A stretch of DNA of 64,000 nt from NCBI GenBank assembly GCA_964035545.1, contig OZ037766.1, positions 24,234,126 through 24,298,125 on the forward strand. Reading direction: 5' to 3'. Within the stretch, counting starts at the first letter, position 1. Every line of letters starts with the position of its first letter. Position numbers and translations under genes: made by a program. The DNA is from Bugula neritina (Eukaryota > Animalia > Bryozoa). Of this stretch, positions 50,710 to 61,861 are shown piece after piece. Below the pieces are notes generated by a model. It was not told where the DNA came from. It saw nothing but the letters and a program-made list of their open reading frames with translations, and did not search any database.

Positions 50710-53700
50710 ATGCGGGGGGTGAAAGTACAACCACATGGAGAGAGCTATTTCCTACCCGGAAAGGTGGCTGGCAACGCCGTCACTTTCCTGCTCGACTCCG
50801 GTTGTACTACCAACCTTCTCAGTCGTAGAGTCTTTGAGGCACTGCCCCGCCGGGACAGGGATAGAGTACGACCGTATACTGGGGAACATGGCACCCTGGC
50901 AGACGGGTCATGTATCCCCTTTTATGGTATTATCGAGCTCCCTGGGCGTGTCCGAGATCAGGCTATACAGGAGACCTTTATCATAGGTCAACTGGAGGAA
51001 GATGCTATCCTCAGAATGCCCTTCTTGAAGCAACACCAGTGCCGAATAGATTTTAGTAAGTCGGTGGTGCTGATGGGCGGGCGAGAACTCGCCTGTGTGG
51101 ATAAGTTTGGGCGTCCTCTGGTGGGCGGTGTTCAGGTAGTTCGAAACTGCACCGTACCCGGACGCTCCAGAGCTACTATCCACTGCCGAGTGAACAGCAA
51201 CCGGATAGCCAGGCTCGGGGTCGTTGAAAGCGCGCACGAAAGGATCCAACTCGCCAGTAGTTTAAACCGACTAACTGAGCGAGGGGAGGTCTTAGTGCAG
51301 TGCGTCAACCCCTTTACCGAGCCCATTGAGCTCCCAGCTGGGTCAATGCTGGGCCGGTTCCATTCCGTCCAGGAAGAGGACGTGGGCCCGTCGCTGGGTG
51401 ACGCGACGGAGGCGCCCCCTCGACACCCTATTCAGGGACGAGGGGCAGTCCCAACACATCTCCGAGAGTTATACGAAACAGCCAGTGGCGGCTGCGCGAG
51501 TAACAGAGAACGCCAAGCTATGGCTAAGTTACTACGCGACTACGGTGATGTGTTCAGCAGCGGAGAGCATGACGTGGGACTGACTGGAATTGTCAGACAC
51601 GAAATACCGCTGACTGCAGGGACAGTCCCTGTCCGGCAGCCCACGCGCAGGCTGGGGCCGGAGAAAGAGAAGGAGGTTAGCCGACAAGTACGGGATCTTC
51701 TGGACCGGGGACTGATAGAGCCCGCCCATAGTGCGTGGAGCTCGCCAGTCGTACTGGTCCGGAAGAAAGACGGCAGTTGGCGGTTCTGTGTGGACTACCG
51801 CAAACTCAATAGCGTAACCATACAGGACGCCTACCCTCTACCTCGTATTGACGAGTCATTGGACGCCCTAGCCGGCAGCAAGTACTTCAGTACGTTAGAC
51901 TTGCTAAGCGGCTATTGGCAGGTTCCTCTGAGTCCCGACGCCCAAGAGAAAGCGGCGTTTATCACACGGGACGGTTTGTGGAAGTGGAAGGTGCTGCCCT
52001 TCGGGTTAACCTCCGCCCCAGCCACCTTCCAGAGGCTGATGGAACAAGTCCTTAGCGGACTCCATTGGAAGACACTGCTGGTCTACCTCGATGATGTCAT
52101 CGTAATCTCTCCAGACTTCGAGACACATGTCAGTCGTCTGCAGGAAGTTTTCGAGAGACTCCGAGGTGCCGGTCTCAAGCTCAAACCTTCCAAGTGCGCT
52201 CTATTGCAGCCGGAGGTCAAGTACCTGGGGCACGTTGTCGGTCGAAACGGCGTGGCAACGGATCCCGAAAAGGTACGGGCGGTAGAAGACTGGGTCACCC
52301 CCCAAGACTTGACCGGACTCCGGGCTTTCTTGGGGCTGGTAGGGTATTACAGGCAATACATACCAGACTTTGCGGGCATAGCCCAGCCGTTAAATCGGCT
52401 CACCGCAAAGGGAGTGACGTGGCAGTGGACCCCAGTCGAACAAGAAGCGTTCGACCGCCTCAAGGGTTGCCTACTAACGGCGCCCATCTTGGCCTACCCA
52501 GACCCCACTTTGGAGTACATCCTTGACACGGACGCCAGTGACCAAAATGTTGGCGCTGTGCTGTCACAAGTGCAGGAAGGCCGAGAGGTAGTAGTAGCCT
52601 ACTACAGCAAGTCTCTCTCACCCGCTGAACGAAATTACTGCACTACCCGCAAGGAGCTGCTGGCAGTAATCAAGTCAGTGAAGCACTTCAGACCATACCT
52701 ATACGGCAGGAAGTTCCGGCTGCGTACGGATCATGCCTCGCTGATCTGGTTGTGCAAGAGAGCAGAGCCCTCTAGTCAGGTCGCCCGGTGGCTCGAAATC
52801 CTAGCTGAATTCTCATACCGGATCGAACATCGACCGGGCAAGAGACACAGCAACGCGGATGGGCTGAGTCGCCGACCTGACGGAGGTTGCAAACAGTGTC
52901 TCAACATCGAGAGGAGGGATGGAGGTCCCCCGCGATGCGAGTTGGAGACGCTGGCTCACCACGGAGCACCGTTTGACTGGGACCAGGGTCAACTCAGGCA
53001 GGGAGTTGATGAGTCCCCGGAGGATGTGAAAAACCTCCGCGCCAATTCTGTACTGGCCGGTAATGTTCGCGAGCTGAAGAAGCTCCAAGAAGAACTGCCT
53101 GGAGTCGTGGCAGACATATATCGGGCCAAAAAGGAAGGGCGACGACCCAGCGAGGAACGCATACGACAGGGATGCGCCGAGTTCCGGCTATACTGTCAGC
53201 GTTGGGACTCGCTGCGGATCGGGCAGGATGGGTTACTAACCATCTCCCTAGCTGCCAGCGGCAGACACCCGGAAAGGAAGAGGGTAGTCTGCCCCACGGC
53301 CATCCGCCGTGAGTTGATTTGGGATACTCACAAACAGGCCCACGCAGGGGTCAAGCGAGTGATATCCAAATTACGACTCCGGTGGTATTGGCCGCAGATG
53401 GAGCGTGACGTCCGGCTCAGAGTCAAACAGTGTGAGATCTGCCAGGCCAGTAAGCATAGCCGCCGCCCTGGCGAAGCAGGACGGCGGAGGCTATATGCTG
53501 GTAGGCCCTGGCAAGTAGTCGCTGTAGACCTGGTCGGACCCATGCCCCTGACCCCCAGAGGCAATAATTGGATCCTAGTACTAACCGACCACTTTACTAG
53601 GTGGGCGGATGCTCTGGCTATCCCAGATGCATCAGCCCCAACAGTGGCCAGGGCACTAGACCAACATGTATTCTGTTATTTTGGGCTTCCCGAACAGATA

Positions 53701-54714
53701 CACTCTGATCAAGGCGCTCAATTCCAGTCTCAACTGATGAGCGACCTTTGCCACCTCTGGGGAGTAAATCAGAGCAGGACCACCCCCTACCACCCTCAAG
53801 GTAACGGGGTGGTGGAGCGCAACAACCGGATGCTAGGTGATGCACTCCGGAGTCTCCTCCTTGGACGAGGTCAAGAGGAATGGGATACCGTGTTGCCGCA
53901 AGTCATGCGTGCATACCGTAGCACCCCACACACCAGTACTGGTGAGACCCCAAACCTCTTGATGCTCGGGAGAGAGACTCGTGTCCCTGACCATCTCACC
54001 TATCACGTTCCAGAGCAAGACAACTCGGTTCACGAGTATGCCAGTGAACTAGTGGAACGGATGAAGGCCGCACACGATATACTGCGTCAACAGCAGTGGA
54101 AGGTGCGGCACGAAGATTCCGATGAACCACCTCTCTATCAAACGGGAGATAAGGTGTGGATGGTCAATTACCGTAGGCGTCGCGGACAGGCTGATAAACT
54201 GAAGCCTAAGTTCGTAGGCCCCTACGTGGTCGTCGAGGCTATGCCCAATCATACGTACAAGATCGAGCGCTCAGGACAGGTGTCTATCCAGAATGAGTCT
54301 CGCTTGAAACCGTATTGGGCTAGCCCCGACGGAGTGGGAGAAGCCCCCCCGTTGTTGGAGCCCAGGAGGCAGACAACGACGCGCGGGCGACGGCGGCATG
54401 GACCTGAATACGAAGTGGTCATACCGCGGGAGGAAAACTTGGTGAGAGAGGAGCGGCAGCTTTTGTCAACAGAAGCGTGTCCGCCACCGCCGAGTCTAAC
54501 TCCATCACTTCCAGAAACCGAGCCGGTTCCGGAAGTGCAAACCCCCACAGAGGGAGGGGCTCCATCCGGAGAACAAGAAGAGGTGACCACTAACGGTGAA
54601 GTAGAGACGCCATTAGAGGCCCCTACTAACGAACCGGCAAGCGTGTCACCCCCCCCTAGAAAGGGGACAGCGTACGAGGAAACCCCCACCATATTTAAAA
54701 GACTTCGTATGTGA
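50710..54714 (+). CDS. pol: Pol: aspartic protease, RT, RNase H, integrase (true ORF probably 50370..54994 with two homopolymer frameshifts)
   Basis: LLDSGCT (PR), WRFCVDYRKLN and YLDD (RT), TDASD (RH), H-H-C-C zinc-binding motif, DLVGP/SDQG/VERNN (IN), KFVGPY. Confidence 0.95.
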   Translation: MRGVKVQPHGESYFLPGKVAGNAVTFLLDSGCTTNLLSRRVFEALPRRDRDRVRPYTGEHGTLADGSCIPFYGIIELPGRVRDQAIQETFIIGQLEEDAILRMPFLKQHQCRIDFSKSVVLMGGRELACVDKFGRPLVGGVQVVRNCTVPGRSRATIHCRVNSNRIARLGVVESAHERIQLASSLNRLTERGEVLVQCVNPFTEPIELPAGSMLGRFHSVQEEDVGPSLGDATEAPPRHPIQGRGAVPTHLRELYETASGGCASNRERQAMAKLLRDYGDVFSSGEHDVGLTGIVRHEIPLTAGTVPVRQPTRRLGPEKEKEVSRQVRDLLDRGLIEPAHSAWSSPVVLVRKKDGSWRFCVDYRKLNSVTIQDAYPLPRIDESLDALAGSKYFSTLDLLSGYWQVPLSPDAQEKAAFITRDGLWKWKVLPFGLTSAPATFQRLMEQVLSGLHWKTLLVYLDDVIVISPDFETHVSRLQEVFERLRGAGLKLKPSKCALLQPEVKYLGHVVGRNGVATDPEKVRAVEDWVTPQDLTGLRAFLGLVGYYRQYIPDFAGIAQPLNRLTAKGVTWQWTPVEQEAFDRLKGCLLTAPILAYPDPTLEYILDTDASDQNVGAVLSQVQEGREVVVAYYSKSLSPAERNYCTTRKELLAVIKSVKHFRPYLYGRKFRLRTDHASLIWLCKRAEPSSQVARWLEILAEFSYRIEHRPGKRHSNADGLSRRPDGGCKQCLNIERRDGGPPRCELETLAHHGAPFDWDQGQLRQGVDESPEDVKNLRANSVLAGNVRELKKLQEELPGVVADIYRAKKEGRRPSEERIRQGCAEFRLYCQRWDSLRIGQDGLLTISLAASGRHPERKRVVCPTAIRRELIWDTHKQAHAGVKRVISKLRLRWYWPQMERDVRLRVKQCEICQASKHSRRPGEAGRRRLYAGRPWQVVAVDLVGPMPLTPRGNNWILVLTDHFTRWADALAIPDASAPTVARALDQHVFCYFGLPEQIHSDQGAQFQSQLMSDLCHLWGVNQSRTTPYHPQGNGVVERNNRMLGDALRSLLLGRGQEEWDTVLPQVMRAYRSTPHTSTGETPNLLMLGRETRVPDHLTYHVPEQDNSVHEYASELVERMKAAHDILRQQQWKVRHEDSDEPPLYQTGDKVWMVNYRRRRGQADKLKPKFVGPYVVVEAMPNHTYKIERSGQVSIQNESRLKPYWASPDGVGEAPPLLEPRRQTTTRGRRRHGPEYEVVIPREENLVREERQLLSTEACPPPPSLTPSLPETEPVPEVQTPTEGGAPSGEQEEVTTNGEVETPLEAPTNEPASVSPPPRKGTAYEETPTIFKRLRM

Positions 54715-55011
54715 CTGCATTAGAAGCGGCGCACATGAAAGTCTAGGGGAAAACCGTACGATAAAATGTTGGAGTTGTGAACCCCACGCAAATATCAACT
54801 TTTGCGAGGGCGGAATAGTGGGAGGAATTAATGCGCGTAAAGCAAATAGTTCCGACCTCGTGCCTCAGAAACGATGCTCAGCCTTTTCTTATGCTGACAT
54901 CGCCAAAGGCAGACGTATCTCACAACCAGCTCCAACCTTACCAAGAACGTTGAGTATGGACATTAATACCGAGTTCCCAGGTAAGCCAGTATAAGTCTTG
55001 TATTCCTATTC

Positions 55012-56085
55012 ATGGAAACGGGCTCGATGCCAGTAAATTCTGAACTAATTCAGCAGATTGAATCAGAATTACTGGGAACCACGTTTCATGTGAATGACGA
55101 TGAAGACACTGTAATGGCCGACGGTCTGTTAGACCTGGAGCTAGACACTGTTCTTGGTCAGTCCACACATGATTCATCAGTTCCTCGAGTGCATTCCAAA
55201 AGCTGTGACTCTCAGGTTAGCAACGGTCGACAGTCACTAGAATTATGTTGTAAAGATCCACCGCGATCTAACAATAATTCTACTTTTGTAGACACACTCG
55301 CGCCCGTCTCTCCGGGCATGCCTTCCCTAGAGATGGCGTGGGACCCAGAGCCGGCCCCAACAACTTCTACAACCAGGCAGCTGCCACCCCAGTTGGAAGC
55401 AACCTCCAACTGGATTACCCCTGCCACAGAGAGAGAGATTAGGACCCATCAAGGAGGTGAGAGTAACCGTGAATGCAACCTCTGCCAGCAGCGATTCACA
55501 ACCCACCGCAGACTAAAAGTACACTTGCCGCAGCACTACATCACCACTTTCTGCCCTTGCGGAGAATATAGCTACAATCGTGATTACCTATTGCGGCACC
55601 AACGTACTATGCAGTGTTATCAAGGGCATGTCTATGAAGTAGACGAATCATCCTATCCTGCCTTTCTCAACGCCATCAAACCACTCATCACTGACTCAGC
55701 TCGGCTATCTCGCCTGGAGCAAGGCTTCCCTTCCCCGCGACCCATCATCTCTGGAGCCGCAGATAAACCTACACAGTCTACTAACTCTCCACCTCACAGT
55801 CCTCTACGCATGCCGCATACCTTTCCTCGTGTCGTACTACAGAGGGTAGACACAAATGCGTATACACTCCCTCCCCCCCTTCCATCCTCAGAGCGGAAAA
55901 GACACAGACAGCCGACTTCCTCTCGCTCGTCCCCCTGGGCCCGCAACCTACGTGAAGTAGAAGCTAGGGCACACGACTTAGAGCAAGAAGTGTACAGACT
56001 GGCCCCACGAGTGCAGGCTGCATCCAGTGAACTCAAATATTTACAGGAGTCTGTTAAACGCACGAAGCGTGCGGCCCGCAGTTAA
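55012..56085 (+). CDS. Retrotransposon accessory ORF3 with C2H2-type zinc fingers and C-terminal coiled coil
   Basis: 357-aa intact ORF between pol and PPT; CNLCQQRFTTHRRLKVHLPQH and CPCGEYSYNRDYLLRHQRTMQC; no signal peptide or TM segment, so not env. Confidence 0.75.
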   Translation: METGSMPVNSELIQQIESELLGTTFHVNDDEDTVMADGLLDLELDTVLGQSTHDSSVPRVHSKSCDSQVSNGRQSLELCCKDPPRSNNNSTFVDTLAPVSPGMPSLEMAWDPEPAPTTSTTRQLPPQLEATSNWITPATEREIRTHQGGESNRECNLCQQRFTTHRRLKVHLPQHYITTFCPCGEYSYNRDYLLRHQRTMQCYQGHVYEVDESSYPAFLNAIKPLITDSARLSRLEQGFPSPRPIISGAADKPTQSTNSPPHSPLRMPHTFPRVVLQRVDTNAYTLPPPLPSSERKRHRQPTSSRSSPWARNLREVEARAHDLEQEVYRLAPRVQAASSELKYLQESVKRTKRAARS

Positions 56086-56356
56086 CTTGAGTCTACCTAC
56101 AATTCCATACTACTCTTCCCCTACCTCTCTGTGGCATTCCCTACCGTAATGGTGGCACGTACTCTACATGTAGATAGGACCTTCTCTTACTTATTACTTA
56201 TTGTGCACGTTATATATACCTGTATATTTTATCAGTTGTTGTTTTTTTGTATATACTTTTATACTGTTCTCTTACCCCCCCCCCACAACGAAGTGTACGT
56301 TTTTTTATGTGAATCTTATTTTTATCAGAAAGTGGGCTTTCTGCTGGAGGGGGCAG

Positions 56357-56662
56357 TGTGGTGGCTCGTGGAGCTACCAGCAACACAATACGCAAGGTTG
56401 CGTATTGACCCGGAACAATGTATTAGCCAATTAGCTAGGCTGTTTTATGAGTAATAGTAGCAGCTTCGCGCTACTAGCTCAGTTGAGGATAGTGCTGTAA
56501 ATTAAATAGACGTGCGTATCATTACTGTTGTACATTAGATTTTATTATGTATTCTTGTATTAAAATATAACGATATCTACTCGACTTAACTCGGTGAAGT
56601 TTCTCTAGTGATAAATAGATTCTCTTGGTGGCACATCAACCCTAAATCTGGAAAACATAACA
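56357..56662 (+). repeat. 3' LTR
   Basis: Near-identical to 49216-49521; preceded by the PPT. Confidence 0.97.
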
Positions 56663-56762
56663 GTATTTAGGTAGCTTGAGTAGTAGTGAAGCCTACACGG
56701 CCATAGTTGAAGTGCTTGATCACAGTAGGAACAAATTCTGACCGTAAAAAGAAAACATTATA

Positions 56763-56840
56763 ACTTGCCTTTGTCGGATCGAACCTATGAGTGTGGTTAC
56801 TAGGCAAACGCTCTAACCCCTAGACCATGGCTGCTCCTTC
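56763..56840 (-). mobile_element. tRNA-derived SINE head
   Basis: Minus strand GGAGCAGCCATGGTCTAGGGGTTAGAGCG...GGTTCGATCC carries A- and B-box-like motifs; similar to 63000-63083. Confidence 0.6.
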
Positions 56841-56996
56841 TATACATGTATAGTTTTAAGTTTACTCTAACAAATATAATATATTTATTTATTTTGCATT
56901 TTAGACTGGGATCAGCCGAAAGCTATAGCTCTTTTATCCTTTATTGTCCGAAACCATAACTTCGTTCTGTCAGTTCTTGCTATTCTTTAAAAAAGT

Positions 56997-59900
56997 ATGA
57001 AGAGTGTACTCTTTGTTTGTTTGGGTGAGTTTTGTTAATTTGAATACTATGTGTTTTTAACAAACATCAAAATATTTTGCATAAGCCTCCAAATATGGAT
57101 TATTTCAGTTAAGGTTTGTGCAGTTTGATTCATTGCACTTGTTCTTACTCCTGAGTTATAAATTTTTATTCAGCTATTGAGTCTCTTTATTGCTAATAAT
57201 AACAGTAATATTTAGCCTTCTGATATTTTAAATAGTGGTGTTAAAAAATTTTTAAGTCTGTGTTCTATGGTCTAAAAACCTTGTTTTGTACTGCATACTT
57301 AACATACTCTGTTATTTCCTTTTATACTGCATAGCTAACATACTCTGCTATTTCCTTTCATACTGCATAGCTAACATACTCTGCTATGTCTTTTTATCTG
57401 ACATATTTTAGGGAATATATGTCGCTCTGCCCTCGCGGAGTCTGCCATGAACCTCATAGTAAAAGAAAATGGTGCTGAATCAGAGGTAAGAGAGACGAAA
57501 TCCATACAGCAATAACAATTTCTACTGCCTTTGCTTTTAAATTGCGTCACTAACAGACTCAAACATATCATTAGTATATAACAATACTTCAATTTTGACT
57601 ATCTTCAATGTTTACCAAATGTGAACATGACTGCCATGAAAGTTCATTTGACACCCGAAGCTGTTCGACATATTTTTAGCGTAAATCCAATGGAATAGTG
57701 TGAGATAAATTGAGATGTTTCGTGGATCTTTAATTGTTCAATATCATTCTTATAAATATAGAATTATTCATCAAATTTTCACACGTTTTGTAGACCTCAC
57801 AGAAATTGCTAATGAATTGCGTGTTAACTTTCTGAGAAACTGAGTAATTATATATGCAAAAGCAACATGGTAAACATGGGCACACTGTTTTAATGCAAAT
57901 GCGAACTTAGTTATTGCAATAAACCATAAGTTGGTGTTATGGTTAAAAATGTTTAGAAATGATATTGCGTTTTATGAGACTCACGGGCTATCTGAAAGTT
58001 TTAACTATAAAACGCAAAGTTTTTGGTGTCACTTTGTACAACATTCACCAACTTGAGTGTTGCAAGTTTGTAAATAAACATATGCTCTAGCTGTATATAC
58101 TGGTTGCAGCTTTCGAGCTGTGTTCTATAGGCAAATGTTTGATATTTCTTGTGGTTGTATGATTATGAACATCCTTTCATGTAGCTTTATGTTTCCATGT
58201 GAACCAGAATAGTTGGCTTAAGTTTGTTTTAGTGGCTGATAGATAGTTGTGGGACAGCTGGTTATCATATAGGTGAACGTCCCGACTCCAGAGCAAGGGC
58301 CACTATGAAGAAACATGGGCTAACAACTCAACATAAAGCCAGACAGGTATAATATTTCTATTCTGGTAATCTTGCAATCAATCTGCAGTACTGCATAATC
58401 TAACACAATAGAATTCTGATGTGTTATATTATATATAGCCATTTTGGTAGTAAATAAGATTTGTCTGCTTTTCGTCAACTATATAAAACATTAGACAATT
58501 CCCAAATATTCTCAACTGTCGCCACATAATTTTAAATTTTAATGTTTATATTTAGTAGCCTCCTAAAATGTATAAGGCTGCTTTTAGAGATGTGATGGTG
58601 ATGAGTCTGAATTTGCCGTATAGTTATTTATGTACATTACCTGTATTTATTTTCATTCGCACTGTTTGAAGTTTTGATAATATAATAAACTGTTTTTATG
58701 TCTTTTTGCTGTAGCTGTGCACCGAAGATTTTCATCAGTTTGACGTTATCTTTGGAATGGATGAGAATAATATCAGGTATATTTGACGTGGTGATTCATA
58801 AAAGTCAAATTCAAAGCAATCCTAACAAATGATAGCAACTGAACGGCACTACTGTTTCTTATTGTAGCTGTTAGTGCACATTATAACTTTCAGTGTTGAG
58901 TATCATTTCAATAGTAGTCAACTGTCATCACTTGCTTCTTATTCAGTTTAGATTCTTCCTTATTTCATTCCTAAAAATACTTTTGGTGATGAAACATGCT
59001 ATCTGGTGTGTCTCCCCTAATGTTGATCATGAATTAGGTTTCAATTAATTTTGCATAATTGAAACTAATGCACAGTGTTGTTATTAAGAATTACAATTAT
59101 CAATTCCCATCTCTCTGTGGGTGAAGCCTGTGTCTACCACAACATCAAACTAATGAACTTATAGCAGAGTACGCGTATTAAGGATATAACAAACACAGTA
59201 TAATATATTACATTATAAATCCAACTGCAAGATTTTGTGACTTGCAAATTGGTGTGATGTCATTGCAGTGAATCCATATTGTATGCTTTGTGTTGTTTGT
59301 TTTTAAAGCATCTGTAAAATGATTTATCAAAATTATTGACATCTCTTTATGAAGCGATTTCCAACAGTTCAGGTTTGAATTCACTTGGCGTCGTAAAATA
59401 AACTCTTATTTACTCTCCTAATAAACCAGTTATGCAGAAAAAAGCTGTAGTTCTTTGAAGCTCTCCCTTATCCGAAGCTGATTTAATGGCGTTTGCAAGT
59501 CACAAAGTTTTACAGTTAGATTTATAATGCAATATACTACACTGTTATTGTTATATTATTATTATGCATATTCAACAATGATAGTTTTGTTTTGTCTTAG
59601 ATACAAGTTTATACCACAGTGGTATAAGAGTAGATGCAGTTTTGAATTTGTTATAACAAGTAACTCTGCCATGTTGCTCTAATAAGAGTTATGTTATCTT
59701 GTTTCTAATGCTTTCAGGGATATACAGAGAGTGAAACCTAAAGGTTCGAAGGCTAGAATTGAGCTTCTTGGAGATTATGATCCTCAGAATATAAAAATCA
59801 TAGAGGATCCTTACTATGTGCGTCACTTCTGTGATAACATAATGCTATATAGGTCATATCCTGTTGCATCTTTAACACATATGCACACATTTCACCACCT

Positions 59901-60725
59901 TTCACCACCATTGTCCTGTGCAGGTGGCAGGTTTCTGTCTCATTCTAAGTTTCATTCAACTTCTTCTATTTCTGTTTTCTCTGTAGCAGCAACATTAAGG
60001 CATCTAAGGTTAGCCTTTATGGGGTCACACTACTTTACTTTGGTCGTCCTGTAAGTCAAATTCTCATCTCTGTTACTCTCTTAGTGTCCTTTCGGCGCAC
60101 AGTGGGCCATATGTCTTCATCTTTCTCTACCTCAGCCAGGTCTTTAATTGACACCACCCTAACTTCTCACTTCTCTTGTGATCATCCAGGCTTATTCCTA
60201 TAGACAGTGCTGATTGGTTCAATTTTTTTCTAGAGTTTTCAATTTTCAGTACATCACTGTAAATTCATTTAAACTCGTATTCAGAGGTAGATGCATTAAG
60301 GAAGAAATTCAGAAAAGCCAGTGTTCTAGATTATAAATGTAGCAGAAGAGTTTTTGTTCTCACTCAAGCCAAAATTAATTAAGAAAATTACAGAACTTAG
60401 TCTATTGAAATTTCTCCTTTACTGCATAAAATGAAAACTTTCAAGTCATTACTACTGGATTGATAATATGTCAATTAAACCACTACCTCTCTAACATTAC
60501 ATCTGATTGTAGGAGTTGCCAAAAGTAGCTGATTTCAATGTCAGGCTAAGCATGTTATTTTATTATCATTTTTCATACATATGTATAATCGCATTTTAAT
60601 GGTTACAGTATGCTAATTGAGAGCTGTCTATATTTTTGTAGGGAGGAGATGATGGTTTTGAGGTAGTATATGAACAATGTATGAGGTGCTGCAAAGCTTT
60701 CTATGAACAGACAAATAAAAGCTAA
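56997..60725 (+). CDS. ACP1: Low molecular weight phosphotyrosine protein phosphatase
   Basis: Exons 56997-57024, 57412-57485, 58233-58346, 58715-58776, 59718-59817, 60642-60725. MKSVLFVCLGNICRS P-loop, IDSCGTAGYHIG, HKARQ, MDENN, IEDPYYG. Confidence 0.95.
59171..59568. mobile_element. MITE-like element with ~75-bp imperfect TIRs in ACP1 intron
   Basis: CATTATAAATCCAACTGCAAGATTTTGTGACTTGCAAA pairs with TTTGCAAGTCACAAAGTTTTACAGTTAGATTTATAATG. Confidence 0.65.
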
Positions 60726-61861
60726 AGTGCATTGATGCTAGTCACTCACATCAACTGCTGAATTTTATTCTTAGCTTAGGGTAGCAATCTGTTAAATATT
60801 GTGCCCAGTTTTTTTTAGCAATTTGTATTCACATTTTAAGAAAGAAATGTGGTAAATATTAAAAACTTGTTACAGAAATCTTGCTAATGAAACTCAAATT
60901 CACGACCTTTTTCACAGAAGTTTTGTTGCCCACCCATATACATTTTTACTGTTGAGGTATGCTGTTGCTAAAATAGTTGATTTTGTGATAATGAAGTCCA
61001 TAAAGTAATGAATTTCATAATTTTTCTGCTGTATTGATTAGCTGGTCAAAACTGGTTAATAGTCCGTTTGAAAGGGAATATGGCATCCCTGATATTTTGC
61101 TTATCAGAAATGCAGTGAAGAACGCAAGTTTGAAAGATTTGCATTTTTTTCTTACTGCAAGAAGTTGTTACAGCAATTAGCCTGTTATTTTGTCTTGGGC
61201 TCAATTTGTGAGGGGAGATTTTATATCAAAGTTTTTAACGTCTAACATTTGTGTGTATTCGTGTTCCTATCATATTTGATGCATTACACTGAATATAATG
61301 TATGAAAATGTTTTCAAAATGATATTTATATTTGAAATGAGGTAAAGTGAACATAAATAATGGCATAATAATAAATAAATACACATAAGCAGTTAGTACA
61401 AAAGAATATAGAATAATGGGAATAATCATATTTCAAGTTATACCAAATGAAATGCAATAAAAGGAAAGTCTCAATCACAATTTAAAATTTCAAAATATTA
61501 CTGTTGAGTAAAATTATGGTGAAGCATAAACTTTATGTCCTGTGATTTACAATTGGAAAGTTTACTATGACAGGAAACATGAGCTTGTATACTTTATAGC
61601 AGAGCCTAAAACATAATCTAATTGGATAAAGTAAATGGTACAGGTAAACTGCCTACTGCTGCAAAATTTCTTTCTCATCTGTTATGTAAAACAGATCATT
61701 ATTGGTTAATGACTTTAGGGAAGTGTTGCTAATAGCAACGAGGCAGTGTGTCAACCAATCGTGTGAGCGTTATTGCAAAACCAAGCCGCTGTGTACGATG
61801 ATGTTTCTTTCCTAATTATATGACACTAAGTCAGTATGCATGTATATCAGCACGCCAGAGT

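Larger units (their letters stand above)
49216..56662 (+). mobile_element. Full-length young Ty3/Gypsy LTR retrotransposon (7447 bp)
   Basis: 306-bp LTRs 49216-49521 and 56357-56662 (TG...CA, one C/T difference), TSD GTAT (49212-49215, 56663-56666), PBS, PPT GGAGGGGGCAG, PR-RT-RH-IN order. Confidence 0.97.

Noticed and set aside
55012-56085. ORF3 as an env gene
   Set aside because: No signal peptide, fusion peptide or TM anchor visible.
56763-56840. Functional tRNA gene
   Set aside because: No complete cloverleaf; related degenerate copies with SINE body and tail occur elsewhere in the window.
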